A stretch of 64,000 nt of DNA from Vulcanimicrobiota bacterium (GTDB taxonomy: Bacteria > Vulcanimicrobiota > Xenobia > Xenobiales > JADMJV01). The stretch spans positions 192,001 to 256,000 of the forward strand of contig JBFWNU010000003.1 in assembly GCA_050250895.1 (NCBI GenBank), in the 5' to 3' direction. A model generated the notes under the pieces. The model ran no database searches. It was not told the origin of the DNA and saw nothing but the letters and a program-made list of their open reading frames with translations. The position numbers were made by a program, and so were the translations under genes. This document shows, piece after piece, positions 28,997 through 39,232 of the stretch (within the stretch, counting starts at the first letter, position 1; each line of letters begins with the position of its first letter).

Positions 28997-30148
28997 TTAG
29001 ACCCAGCTGTAGGCGTATTCCTCCACCTCGAAGTCGACCGCGTTCTTGGCCACCTTCAGGGGGCGGAACGTGTCGACCATGACGGCCAGCTCTTCGGTGT
29101 CTTCCTTGCCGATGGAGGCCTCGGTGGCGCCCGGTTGGGGGCCGTGAGGCAAGCCGGAGGGGTGCAGGGTCCAGTCGTACTTGTCCACTCCGCGCCGGCT
29201 CATGAAGTCGCCGTCGACATAGTAGAGCACCTCGTCGGAGTTGACGTTGCTATGGGCGTAGGGGGCCGGAATGGCCAGAGGGTGGTAATCGAACTTGCGC
29301 GGGCAGAACGAGCAGACCACGAAGTTGTGCGCCTGGAAGGTCTGGTGCACCGGCGGGGGCTGGTGGACGCGTCCGGTAATGGGCTCGAATTCGTGGATGT
29401 TGAACGTCCAGGGGTAGAGATAGCCGTCCCAGCCGACCACGTCGAGGGGATGGTGGGCCATGATGTGGCGGTGCAGCTCGTCGCGGGCCTTGACTCGCAC
29501 CTCGAACTCGCCCTGCTCGTCGAAGGTCTCGAGTTCGGTGGGAGTCTTGAGGTCGCGCTCGCAGAAAGGAGCGTGCTCGAGCAGCTGGCCGTGCTGATTA
29601 CGATAGCGACGGGGCGGCTCGAATTGGCTGGGAGCTTCGATCACGAAGAAGCGGCCTTCGCCTCCGTCGAGCTTCATCTGCCAGGTGACCCCGAAGGGAA
29701 TGACCACATAGTCGCCGGGCCGGAAAGGCAGCTTGCCGAACTGGGTGCGTAGATGGCCGGTGCCCTCGTGGCAATACCAGACCTCATAGGCCTGGCCGTT
29801 GCGATAGAAATACTCCATGTCAGAGCTGGGCCGCGAGATGGCCAGGGTCACATCATCGTTGCCCAGCAAGACACGCTTGCTTTCGAGGGCGTCACCCCCT
29901 TTGGGAAACTCGCGGGTGCGGAATTGGCGAGCCCGCAGGGGCCCGTAGTCGAGAAACTCTTCGCGGGCGCTGCCCAGGCTTTCGACCTTGCGCACGGCGG
30001 TCGGGTGATGGTGGTGGTAGAGGATCGATTGGATCCCTGAGAACCCTTCCATCCCCATGACCTCTTCGCGGAAGAGTTCACCGTTGGGGCGACGGAACTG
30101 GATGTGGCGTTTTGACGGAATTTCTCCGAGTCGGGCATAGAACGGCAT
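28997..30148 (-). CDS. hmgA: Homogentisate 1,2-dioxygenase
   Basis: HPLDVVGWDG, HQPPPVHQTF, PYAHSNVNSDEVLYY, HPSGLPHGP, ELAVMVDTF. Confidence 0.92.
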   Translation of the reverse strand: MPFYARLGEIPSKRHIQFRRPNGELFREEVMGMEGFSGIQSILYHHHHPTAVRKVESLGSAREEFLDYGPLRARQFRTREFPKGGDALESKRVLLGNDDVTLAISRPSSDMEYFYRNGQAYEVWYCHEGTGHLRTQFGKLPFRPGDYVVIPFGVTWQMKLDGGEGRFFVIEAPSQFEPPRRYRNQHGQLLEHAPFCERDLKTPTELETFDEQGEFEVRVKARDELHRHIMAHHPLDVVGWDGYLYPWTFNIHEFEPITGRVHQPPPVHQTFQAHNFVVCSFCPRKFDYHPLAIPAPYAHSNVNSDEVLYYVDGDFMSRRGVDKYDWTLHPSGLPHGPQPGATEASIGKEDTEELAVMVDTFRPLKVAKNAVDFEVEEYAYSWV

Positions 30149-30291
30149 GGCACAGGGCATTTTCGCGGGCCATCCAGTTGCTCCTACCTGGACGGATGTT
30201 CACATTCGCGTAATTACGTTCCTCTAAATTTTGGCGCATAGTGGTGGAGAACATATTGCGACCTCGAGATCGCACCGGAGGGATTAAGAAA

Positions 30292-32157
30292 ATGTTGACT
30301 AGCGTCACCGCCAACAATTACCGATACACTCAACACCGCGCCGCTTCCAAACCGGCCGCCAACAAGCCTCAGCAAACGCCGGCTGAGCTTGCCGAGCAAC
30401 TGCGTCAGACCGGCGAAGCCGAGAAGGCCCGCGGCCAGCAGTTGAAAGAGGAGGGAGCTGCTCAGAAAGAGCAGGGCTTCCAACAGATTGGCGAGGGCGC
30501 TCAGAAAGTTGCCACCGGCCAACAGAACGTCGAAACCGGCAACCAGACCATCGCCTCCGGACAGGCCAAGCAGACCGAAGGCCGCGCGGCCGTCGAAGCT
30601 GGCACCGCCCAGGAAAACGCCGGCACCGCCCAGGAGAACGCCAGTCTGGCTGCCTACCAAGCCCAGCTCGAGGCCGCCCGCGCCGGTCAAGGCAAAGTCG
30701 GTGAAGGTCTCGGCACCATCGCCCAGGGTCTCGAAGCCGAGCAGGCTGGCACCCAGGTCGAGCGCGAAGGCACCGAAGCCTTCCAGGCTGGTCTCGAAGT
30801 TTCGGCCACCGCCCGCGAGGCCATCGGCCAGGGCCGCGACCAGCTGGCCGCCGGGATGGCCGCCGAGGCTGAATCCGCCGCCGCCACCAACGCTGGCATC
30901 GCCGAGTTCCGCGGTGGTATGGAAGACACCCAGGCCGGCCGCGACCGTCTGCGCCACGGCCAGGATCACATTCGCACCGCTGGCACTCTGACCGAGCAGG
31001 CTGGCGAAGCCCAGAGCCGCTCCGAGGGTTATGCCGAGCGTGCCGCCCACCACGAAGGCGAAGCCGCCGCCAAGGCTGCTGAAGCCATTGTCGACCGCGC
31101 CGCCGCCACCGAGAATCAGGAGTCCGGCAACGTCCGTCAGGCCGAAAGTGCCGTCGAGCGGGCGCAGTCCGAGACCGACGCCGCCATGGCCGCGCTGCTG
31201 GCCGCTAAAGCCGAGATCGACAACTCCACCGGCGCTGCTCTGCTCGACATCCCCAGTTTCCACGAAGAAGGTCGCCGCAACGTGGCCGAAGGCACCATCG
31301 CTCAGAACGACTCGGTAGCTAACCGCGAAAGTTCCACCGAGCACGCCACCATGAGTTCGAGCCTGGCCCAGGCTGCCCAGCGTCACTTTGACCTGGCCAC
31401 CACCGCCAACGATCGCGCCGCCCGTCTCGACAGCGAAGCCGCCAACCTCAACGAGATGGCTGCTGGTGATCGCGAGCGCTCCACCGAGTTTGCCGCTAAC
31501 GCCGCCGAACTGCGCGAGCAGGCCGCCCACCACACCGAGCACGGCAACCACGCCATCGAAGAAGGCACCCAGATGCGCGACACCGGTCTGGGCCGTCTGG
31601 CCGCTGGCGAAGCCGCCGTCTCTGCCGGTCTTCTCGGCGAAGAAGCAGCCGCGGGCACCCAGGCCGAAGGCCTGGCCACCATCGCCGCTGGCAACGAAAT
31701 TCAGGCCGGGTCCTTCCAGGCCCGTCAGGAAGCCCTGGCCCAGATGCAGAACGGCGCCAGCCAGATCGAAGCCGGCATCGAACTGCAGACCCAGGGTCTG
31801 GCCAAAGTCGGCGAAGGCGCTGGCGAAGTGGCCGCCACTGTCGGTCCTCGTCAAGAAGCCCTCGGCTCGATGAACGAAGGCGACGCCGCTGCCCGCGCCG
31901 GTTTCGACCAGCAGGCCGCCGGCCTCGAGAACATCAACACCGGCAACCTGGAAGAGATCTCCGGTCGGGTTCAGGTTCGCGAAGGCAACGCCTCGATTCA
32001 GTCCGGTCTCACCGAAGTCGAGCAGGGCGTCAACAACGCCCGCTCCGGCGACGAGAAAGAGAACGCCGGTCAGGTCATCGAGAACAAAGGCGACCGCTAC
32101 CAGGAGCTGGCCGAGCAGGCCGCTCAGATCCCCTTCCACGTGGCCGGCCAGAAGTAA
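30292..32157 (+). CDS. Long A/Q/E-rich Gly-heptad helical protein (paralogue A)
   Basis: 621 aa from ATG 30292, Gly about every 7 residues over long stretches, strongly biased codons, followed by a terminator. Confidence 0.8.
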   Translation: MLTSVTANNYRYTQHRAASKPAANKPQQTPAELAEQLRQTGEAEKARGQQLKEEGAAQKEQGFQQIGEGAQKVATGQQNVETGNQTIASGQAKQTEGRAAVEAGTAQENAGTAQENASLAAYQAQLEAARAGQGKVGEGLGTIAQGLEAEQAGTQVEREGTEAFQAGLEVSATAREAIGQGRDQLAAGMAAEAESAAATNAGIAEFRGGMEDTQAGRDRLRHGQDHIRTAGTLTEQAGEAQSRSEGYAERAAHHEGEAAAKAAEAIVDRAAATENQESGNVRQAESAVERAQSETDAAMAALLAAKAEIDNSTGAALLDIPSFHEEGRRNVAEGTIAQNDSVANRESSTEHATMSSSLAQAAQRHFDLATTANDRAARLDSEAANLNEMAAGDRERSTEFAANAAELREQAAHHTEHGNHAIEEGTQMRDTGLGRLAAGEAAVSAGLLGEEAAAGTQAEGLATIAAGNEIQAGSFQARQEALAQMQNGASQIEAGIELQTQGLAKVGEGAGEVAATVGPRQEALGSMNEGDAAARAGFDQQAAGLENINTGNLEEISGRVQVREGNASIQSGLTEVEQGVNNARSGDEKENAGQVIENKGDRYQELAEQAAQIPFHVAGQK

Positions 32158-32177
32158 CTCCGAGCCCGCAATCGAAG

Positions 32178-32206
32178 AAGCCGCCGAGTCACTCGGCGGC
32201 TTTTTT
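32178..32206 (+). terminator. Rho-independent terminator
   Basis: AAGCCGCCGAGT-C-ACTCGGCGGCTT followed by a T run. Confidence 0.85.
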
Positions 32207-32280
32207 CATTCCCTGGCGATGACGTGCGTCAATGCCCGGGTGCTCTCTCGCGGCTAGGATCGACTCAGGAGGCGACCAAC

Positions 32281-32538
32281 ATGGCGACCAAACAGATGAA
32301 GTTTGAACTCGATCAATGGCTGGACCAGGCCTTTCGCGGGCAGGTGCCCGATCATCTGGCCCTGCTGGCCCACCGTCGGCAGACCGACGCCACCGTCTTT
32401 CGGGAACTCGTGACTCAGGTGCCCGAGGACCATCGTGACGTGCTCGAGCATGTCTTCGAGCTGCAGCGAGCTGATACCGAAATGGTGTTGACGGTGGTGG
32501 AGGAACTCTTCCGTCGGCATCTCGAGCACCACCCCTAG
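32281..32538 (+). CDS. Small hypothetical protein
   Basis: AGGAGG RBS before ATG 32281; 85 aa, helical. Confidence 0.6.
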   Translation: MATKQMKFELDQWLDQAFRGQVPDHLALLAHRRQTDATVFRELVTQVPEDHRDVLEHVFELQRADTEMVLTVVEELFRRHLEHHP

Positions 32539-35454
32539 CTAGCGGCCCCTGGTGACGACGAAGGGGCCGGCCAGGGCGGCCGCGATCGAGGGTCCGTGCT
32601 CTTGGCGCAATCTGGTGAGCCACTGGCGTTGGACTTGATTGAGCGCCTCGGTCGGGTCTTTGTCGTTCATGCCGCGATAGAAATCGAGCATGAAATCGGC
32701 CGTCTCCTGGTCGGCCACCGGCCACAGGGTGAAAACCAGATTATCGCAGCCCGACTGCAGAAAGCCCCGGCGAAGGCCCAGTACTCCTTCGCCCTTGCGG
32801 GCTTCGCCCAGGCCGGTATCGCAGGCCGAGAGCACCACCACCCTGGTGCCCTCGAGATCGAGAGCCGAGACCTCCTGGGCTGTTAGCACGCCGTCTGTCT
32901 CGGGGGCCGGAAAGACCCCGTTCTGCCAGTCGTCGAGGGTCGATTCGGCCCCGGCCAGGGCCAGGCCGCTGCGGGTCATGGGGTTCTCGCCATAGCGACT
33001 GGATAAGAAGAATCCGTGGGTAGCCAGATGGAGAATTCCAGGAGAGTGAAGGCCGGCCACGGTCTTCTCTTGAGCCTTTTCGTCTAGCACCAGGCGAGCC
33101 TGGGGGAGCACTTTCTGCAGGGCCTGGCACTCGGCTCCACTGCCGGGTAGGGGCGCCAGCGAGATAGCGTGGCTGCCAGTCGAACGGGTCGCTCCAGGCC
33201 GGCGATAATCGGGGGCTCCAAGCAAGAACGGCGTTTCGCCGGGCCGGGTCTCGGCGCTCTCGACCAGGTCGCGGCCGCTGGAGAGGTAGGTCAGGTCGTA
33301 TCGCTCCGAGAGAAACTGCGCGTCGGGGCTGACCAGGGTGGCGAACGAGACGAAGTTGAGTTCGCCGTCAGGGCTGAGGTAGAGGTGCTTGACCTCGGTC
33401 GGCAAGACTTCTTGCACCGGAGCCCAGACGGTGTCGTAGGCCGTACGCAGTTCACCCGCTTCCGGGGCTTGAGCCAGACTGGGCCGGGTGGCCCGGCTCG
33501 AGCGACCGCCCATGCGCATTCGCTGACGGTAGCCGCGAATCACGCTCTCCACCTCGCGCGCCTCGCCCAGTTCGACCCAGCGGGTCGACTCGCGCGTCAC
33601 TACCAGCGCGCCGTAGCGCTTCTCGCTGCGATTGTTGCCGAAGTAGTAACCGTGATAAAGAAACTCCACTAGAGCTGTGTCGGGCGGCAGAGCCTGGCGC
33701 ACCTGGTCGGGAGTCACGGTGAAGGCCGCCCGGCTTCGGGGCGCCCCCACCAGCCGGGCCAGTTGCGCTTGGGCCTGGTCGAACTGCTCTTGCAGTTGCT
33801 GCCTTTCCTCGTCGCTTCGCTTGCCCAGCATTTCTTGCTTGAGCCGCTTGAGCATGGTCAGCAGGGCCTGGGCCTCGGGAGCGCTTGCGGCCTGGGCCAG
33901 CCGATAGTCCTCGGCAATCGAGTCGAGCACGACCCCTTTGAAACGCAGGGCCGTCTGTAGCAACTCCTCCGGCTGCTCGAGCGAAGCCAAGAGACCGTAG
34001 GGCACCAGCTTCTCGCGAAAGGCCAGGCGTTGGCGCTCTGAGGTAAAGCTAAACACCTCTTGGAGACGCTCGAAGAGTGCCCTGTCGGCTTTCAAGGCAT
34101 ACTCCTTCGCATTTTCGCGATCACCCTGGTCAATGGCCAGATAAGCCAGGTTATTGTAGGTGATAGAGCGCGTCTCGCTGTCGCCTTCGGCCAGCGCCTG
34201 CTCGAAGTGGCGCTGAGCTTTGTCATACTCGCCGATCTGCTGGTAGGCCGAAGCCAGGTTGCCCTCGGCCGTGGCCCGCGCCTTCTCGGCTTTGAACAGA
34301 GGTAGGGCCTCCTCTAGCCAGGCGACAGCCTCCTTTCCCTTGTTGTTCTCGAGCAGTTCGACCGACAGGTTGCTCAGGGCCTCGGCCGTTTCAACCGGGT
34401 CCAGCCCGGCCGTCGCGCGGGTGCGCTTGAGGGCCTCCCGCAGCAGCTTCTCGGCCTCGTCATGCCGGCCCAGGCTGCTGTAGGCCTGGGCCAGATTGGT
34501 GAGGCTGGTGCAGGTCAGAGGATGGTTGGGGCCCAGCGTCTTTTCGTGAATAGCGTTGGCCTGGCGAAAATAGGTCACCGCCTGCTCGGCGTCGCCGATC
34601 TGGCGATAGAGCAATCCCATGTCGTTGAGGGGATTGGCCAGGTCTGGGTGATCGGGAGCCGCTTCGCGGAACAGGTCCAGCGCTTTGCGGTAGATGGCCT
34701 CGGCTCTGGCGAATTCCATGCGGTTGAGGTACAACCCGGCCTGCATTCGCATGGCCCGCGACAAGAGCCTGAGATCCGGCTCGGGATCGGTCTCGTAAAA
34801 GCGCACCGCCTCGCCAAAGAGTTCCTCGGCCCGGTCGGTCTCGCCCACCGCCTCTAGAAGCTGGGCCAACGATTGCTGGGCCCGCACCCGGGCGTTGGAG
34901 CCAAAGCCTAGCTTGTGGATGGCTTCTTCTAGCATGGGTCGGGCCTCGGCGTGGCGCCCCTGTCGAGTCAAAACATTGGCCAGACCCACCATGATGTCGA
35001 TGGTCTCGGGCTGGTAATGATCCGGGTCAAGACCCTCATAGACCTCGAAGGCCTTGCGAAAAGCTTGTTCGGCTTCGGGATAGAGGGCTCGGTGATTGAG
35101 ACACAGGGCCAGGTTCTTGCGCACGTTGGCGGTATACTGGTGGTCCGGACCCAGGCGCGGCGCCTCGATATAGATCTTGAGGGCCTTGCGAAAGCCCAGT
35201 TCGGCTCGAAAGTCGTCGCCCAGGTCCATCTGCAGCAGAGCCTGGTTGTTGGTGGTCACGCCCACGGCCATGATGTCTCCGCTGGCTTCGGCCGCTTTGA
35301 CCGCCTGGTCGGCGACCGCGAGGGCCTCTCGATAAAGCCCATCCTGGCGCAAGGTGGCCACCTGTTTGGACAACTCGCGCCAATCGGTCTGGGCCCAGAC
35401 AGGCAGGGTTAGCAGGCAGAACAGAAGCAGTCTTTTCACCCATCGCCATTCCAC
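32539..35454 (-). CDS. Secreted TPR-repeat plus CHAT (caspase-fold) protease
   Basis: Signal peptide; TPRs (LGPNHPLTCTSLTNLA); LSPDGELNFVSF, HLATHGFF, VLSACDTG (His/Cys dyad intact). Confidence 0.9.
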   Translation of the reverse strand: MEWRWVKRLLLFCLLTLPVWAQTDWRELSKQVATLRQDGLYREALAVADQAVKAAEASGDIMAVGVTTNNQALLQMDLGDDFRAELGFRKALKIYIEAPRLGPDHQYTANVRKNLALCLNHRALYPEAEQAFRKAFEVYEGLDPDHYQPETIDIMVGLANVLTRQGRHAEARPMLEEAIHKLGFGSNARVRAQQSLAQLLEAVGETDRAEELFGEAVRFYETDPEPDLRLLSRAMRMQAGLYLNRMEFARAEAIYRKALDLFREAAPDHPDLANPLNDMGLLYRQIGDAEQAVTYFRQANAIHEKTLGPNHPLTCTSLTNLAQAYSSLGRHDEAEKLLREALKRTRATAGLDPVETAEALSNLSVELLENNKGKEAVAWLEEALPLFKAEKARATAEGNLASAYQQIGEYDKAQRHFEQALAEGDSETRSITYNNLAYLAIDQGDRENAKEYALKADRALFERLQEVFSFTSERQRLAFREKLVPYGLLASLEQPEELLQTALRFKGVVLDSIAEDYRLAQAASAPEAQALLTMLKRLKQEMLGKRSDEERQQLQEQFDQAQAQLARLVGAPRSRAAFTVTPDQVRQALPPDTALVEFLYHGYYFGNNRSEKRYGALVVTRESTRWVELGEAREVESVIRGYRQRMRMGGRSSRATRPSLAQAPEAGELRTAYDTVWAPVQEVLPTEVKHLYLSPDGELNFVSFATLVSPDAQFLSERYDLTYLSSGRDLVESAETRPGETPFLLGAPDYRRPGATRSTGSHAISLAPLPGSGAECQALQKVLPQARLVLDEKAQEKTVAGLHSPGILHLATHGFFLSSRYGENPMTRSGLALAGAESTLDDWQNGVFPAPETDGVLTAQEVSALDLEGTRVVVLSACDTGLGEARKGEGVLGLRRGFLQSGCDNLVFTLWPVADQETADFMLDFYRGMNDKDPTEALNQVQRQWLTRLRQEHGPSIAAALAGPFVVTRGR

Positions 35455-35573
35455 GTTGGGTCAGCCCGGGCCTCGGCCAGACGACAACCGGTCGACGCAA
35501 TGTTCTTGCCGGCGGGGTCGGTTCCCCGTCAACGCCAATACCAGGGTTTTGGGCCGGCTCGGTAAAACCTGAT

Positions 35574-36083
35574 GTGGTCGTGCGCGTAACCCTCGTCGAA
35601 ATCATCTCGGCCCTGTCGTTGCTGGCGGTAGGGGCTGCCATGCTGGCCCCTCGCCCCGGTCCGGCCGATGCTCACCAGCGCGAAGCGGCCGAGTGTCGTC
35701 GCCACATCAGCCAGCTGGACTCGGCCCTGTCCCAGTATGCCAGCGACCACGACGGCGACTATCCGGGCAAGCTCGATGGGTTGACCCCCGAGTATCTCAA
35801 GACTCTGCCCACCTGCCCCCAGACCCTCAAAGGCTATGACTACGAGGTGACCGCCTCGCCCGGGGCGGCCGGCCGGGTCATGCCCCACTACCACGAGCCT
35901 CCGACGGTCGATCTGTCCCCGGCCTTGAAGGCCTACGTCGACCGCGAAGGCCACTATCCCGCCAGCCTCGGTGAGATTCCCGACCTGCCCACTTGCCCGC
36001 TGGGCTCGCCCTTCTACTACGAGGTCTATAACGGCACCTACACCCTCAAATGCAAAGGCAAACACCCGGACCCGACCCTGTAG
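35574..36083 (+). CDS. Pilin/GspG-like small protein
   Basis: RVTLVEIISALSLLAV N-terminus; two YP..L....LPTCP modules. Confidence 0.6.
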   Translation: MVVRVTLVEIISALSLLAVGAAMLAPRPGPADAHQREAAECRRHISQLDSALSQYASDHDGDYPGKLDGLTPEYLKTLPTCPQTLKGYDYEVTASPGAAGRVMPHYHEPPTVDLSPALKAYVDREGHYPASLGEIPDLPTCPLGSPFYYEVYNGTYTLKCKGKHPDPTL

Positions 36084-36087
36084 TAGG

Positions 36088-38953
36088 CCGACTTCGGCGC
36101 GAGCCGCCAAGCTTAGACTGACTTCCAGGCTGGAAGTACTCGCTCGCCGCGGCGGACCGAAGGCTCAGCAGGTGTCGCCCAGCGCCGCGAGGGCTGGCAA
36201 AGCAGGCTGCAGTCGGCCGATGCCTCCGTTGCGTGCCGAGACTCCAGGCGGCGCCCCGCTTGGACTGACTTCCAGCTGGAAGTAGCCGCTCGCTCGCCGC
36301 GGCGGACCGAGGCTCGGCAGGTGTCGCCCAACGCCGTGAGGCTGTCTGGCAGAGCAGGCTGCATCCCGACTTCGGCGCGAGCCGCCAAGCTTAGACTGAC
36401 TTCCAGCTGGAAGTAGCCGTCGCCGCCGGCGGACCGAGGCTCAGCAGGTGTCGCCCAGCGCCGTGCGGGCTGGCAAAGCAGGCTGCATCCCGACTTCGGC
36501 GCGAGCCGCCAAGCTTAGATTGACTTCCAGCTGGAAGTACTCGCTCGCCGCGGCGGACCGAGGCTCGGCAGGTGTCGCCCAGCGCCGTGAGGGCTGGCAA
36601 AGCTGGCTGCAGTCGGCCGATGCTTCCGTCGCGAGCCGCCAGCCGCTCGCCGCCGCGGCGGACCGAGGCTCGGCAGGTGTCGCCCAACGCCGTGAGGCTG
36701 TCTCGCAAAGCTGGCTGCAGTCGGCCGATGCCTCCGTTGCGTGCCGAGACTCCAGGCGGCGCCAAGCTTAGATTGACTTCCAGCTGGAAGTAGCCGCTCG
36801 CCGCCGGCGGACCAGGGCTCGGCAGGTGTCGCCCCGCGCCGTGACGGATGGCATCTCGACTTCGGCGCGAGCCGCCAAGCTTAGACTGACTTCCAGCTGG
36901 AAGTAGCCGCTCGCTCGCCGCGGCGGACCGAGGCTCGGCAGGTGTCGCCCAACGCCGTGAGGCTGTCTGGCAGAGCAGGCTGCATCCCGACTTCGGCGCG
37001 AGCCGCCAGCTTAGACTGATTTCCAGCTGGAAGTACTCGCTCGCCGCGGCAGACCAAGGCTCAGCAGGTGTCGCTCTGCGCCGTGCGGGCTGGCAGAGCA
37101 GTTCTGCATCCCGACTTCGGCGCGAGCCGCCAAGCTTAGATTGACTTCCAGCTGGAAGTAGCCGCTCGCCGCTGGCGGACCAGGGCTCAGCAGGTGTCGC
37201 TCAGCGCCGTCTGTCTGGCAAAGCTGGCTGCAGTCGGCCGATGCTTCCGTCGCGAGCCGCCAAGCTTAGACTGACTTCCAGCTGGAAGTAGCCGCTCGCC
37301 GCCGCGGCGGACCAGGGCTCAGCAGGTGTCGCCCAGCGCCGTGAGGGCTGGCAAAGCTGGTTGCAGTCGGCCGATGCTTCCGTCGCGAGCCGCCAGCCGC
37401 TCGCCGCCGCGGCGGACCGAGGCTCGGCAGGTGTCGCCCAACGCCGTGAGGCTGTCTCGCAAAGCTGGCTGCAGTCGGCCGATGCCTCCGTTGCGTGCCG
37501 AGACTCCAGGCGGCGCCAAGCTTAGATTGACTTCCAGCTGGAAGTAGCCGCTCGCCGCCGGCGGACCAGGGCTCGGCAGGTGTCGCCCCGCGCCGTGACG
37601 GATGGCATCTCGACTTCGGCGCGAGCCGCCAAGCTTAGATTGACTTCCAGCTGGAAGTACTCGCTCGCCGCGGCGGACCGAGGCTCGGCAGGTGTCGCCC
37701 AACGCCGTGAGGGCTGGCAAAGCTGGCTGCAGTCGGCCGATGCTTCCGTCGCGAGCCGCGAGATGCCAAGCCCCGCCCGCTTAGACTGACTTCCAGCTGG
37801 AAGTAGCCGCTCGCCGCCGGCGGACCAGGGCTCAGCAGGTGTCGCCCAGCGCCGTGAGGGCTGGCATCCCGACTTCGGCGCGAGCCGCCAAGCTTAGACT
37901 GACTTCCAGGCTGGAAGTACTCGCTCGCCGCGGCGGACCGAAGGCTCAGCAGGTGTCGCCCAGCGCCGCGAGGGCTGGCAAAGCAGGCTGCAGTCGGCCG
38001 ATGCCTCCGTTGCGTGCCGAGACTCCAGGCGGCGCCCCGCTTGGACTGACTTCCAGCTGGAAGTAGCCGCTCGCTCGCCGCGGCGGACCGAGGCTCGGCA
38101 GGTGTCGCCCAACGCCGTGAGGCTGTCTGGCAGAGCAGGCTGCATCCCGACTTCGGCGCGAGCCGCCAAGCTTAGACTGACTTCCAGCTGGAAGTAGCCG
38201 TCGCCGCCGGCGGACCGAGGCTCAGCAGGTGTCGCCCAGCGCCGTGCGGGCTGGCAAAGCAGGCTGCAGTCGGCCGATGCCTCCGTTGCGTGCCGCGAGA
38301 TGCCAAGCCCCGCCCGCTTAGATTGACTTCCAGCTGGAAATACTCGCTCGCCGCGGCGGTCCGAGGCTCAGCAGGTGTCGCCCAGCGCCGTGCGGGCTGG
38401 CAAAGCTGGCTGCAGTCGGCCGATGCTTCCGTCGCGAGCCGCGAAATGCCAAGCCCCGCCCGCTTAGACTGACTTCCAGCTGGAAGTAGCCGCTCGCCGC
38501 CGGCGGACCAGCGCTCGGCAGGTGTCGCCCAGCGCCGTGAGGGCTGGCAGAGCAGGCTGCATCCCGACTTCGGCGCGAGCCGCCAAGCTTAGACTGACTT
38601 CCAGCTGGAAGTAGCCGTCGCCGCCGGCGGACCGAGGCTCAGCAGGTGTCGCCCAGCGCCGTGCGGGCTGGCAAAGCAGGCTGCATCCCGACTTCGGCGC
38701 GAGCCGCCAAGCTTAGATTGACTTCCAGCTGGAAGTACTCGCTCGCCGCGGCGGACCGAGGCTCGGCAGGTGTCGCCCAGCGCCGTGAGGGCTGGCAAAG
38801 CTGGCTGCAGTCGGCCGATGCTTCCGTCGCGAGCCGCCAGCCGCTCGCCGCCGCGGCGGACCGAGGCTCGGCAGGTGTCGCCCAACGCCGTGAGGCTGTC
38901 TGGCAAAGCAGGCTGCAGTCGGCCGATGCTTCCGTTGCGGGCCGCGAGATGCC
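36088..38953. repeat. Array of about 22 mosaic direct repeats (113-147 bp) built around ACTTCCAGCTGGAAGT
   Basis: Cores counted by eye at 36121*, 36268, 36399, 36523, 36776, 36889, 37019*, 37144, 37274, 37530, 37643, 37789, 37902*, 38049, 38180, 38326*, 38472, 38597, 38721 (* = 1-nt variant). Three core-less units at ~36641, 37395, 38839. Confidence 0.96.
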
Positions 38954-39164
38954 GGTTCAAATGTTTTGGTATCCTAACATTTGCAAGGTGGAGGCGTTGA
39001 CTTCGAAGACCCGCCTGCCTGAACCAGGGCCCCCGGTCCTCAATAAGCGCTCTCTGGCATCCCCGCGCCAAATAGACTTGGAGAGTCATTTTCTACCCGA
39101 AACCCCTCCTCGTAGCCGTCTGTGAGTTGCGCCTCAAAGCCTGTAACCAAGCTGTTTTTCTGCG

Positions 39165-39193
39165 TTGATCCGGGTGGTCTTCTTGAGTAAAAT
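39165..39193 (+). promoter_or_regulatory. Sigma70-type promoter of HNH gene 2
   Basis: TTGATC-N17-TAAAAT; GGAGG RBS before ATG 39233. Confidence 0.6.
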
Positions 39194-39232
39194 AGGATCA
39201 TCCCTTGATTCTTCTTCTACTCGGAGGTCGGC

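Noticed and set aside
30214-32139. 641-aa minus-strand ORF
   Set aside because: Antisense shadow of 30292..32157; the terminator orientation and the paralogue support the plus strand.
32539-35454. CRISPR-associated or anti-phage CHAT (Craspase-like) system linked to the array
   Set aside because: The protein has a signal peptide and an ordinary TPR-CHAT layout, there is no Cas7-11-like gene, and proximity alone is insufficient.
36088-38953. CRISPR array
   Set aside because: Inter-core sequences are repeated modules rather than unique spacers, the period of 113-147 bp is too long, and no cas genes are in the window.
36113-39125. Short ORFs within the array on both strands
   Set aside because: They are repeat translations; unit lengths are not consistently multiples of 3 and frames break repeatedly.
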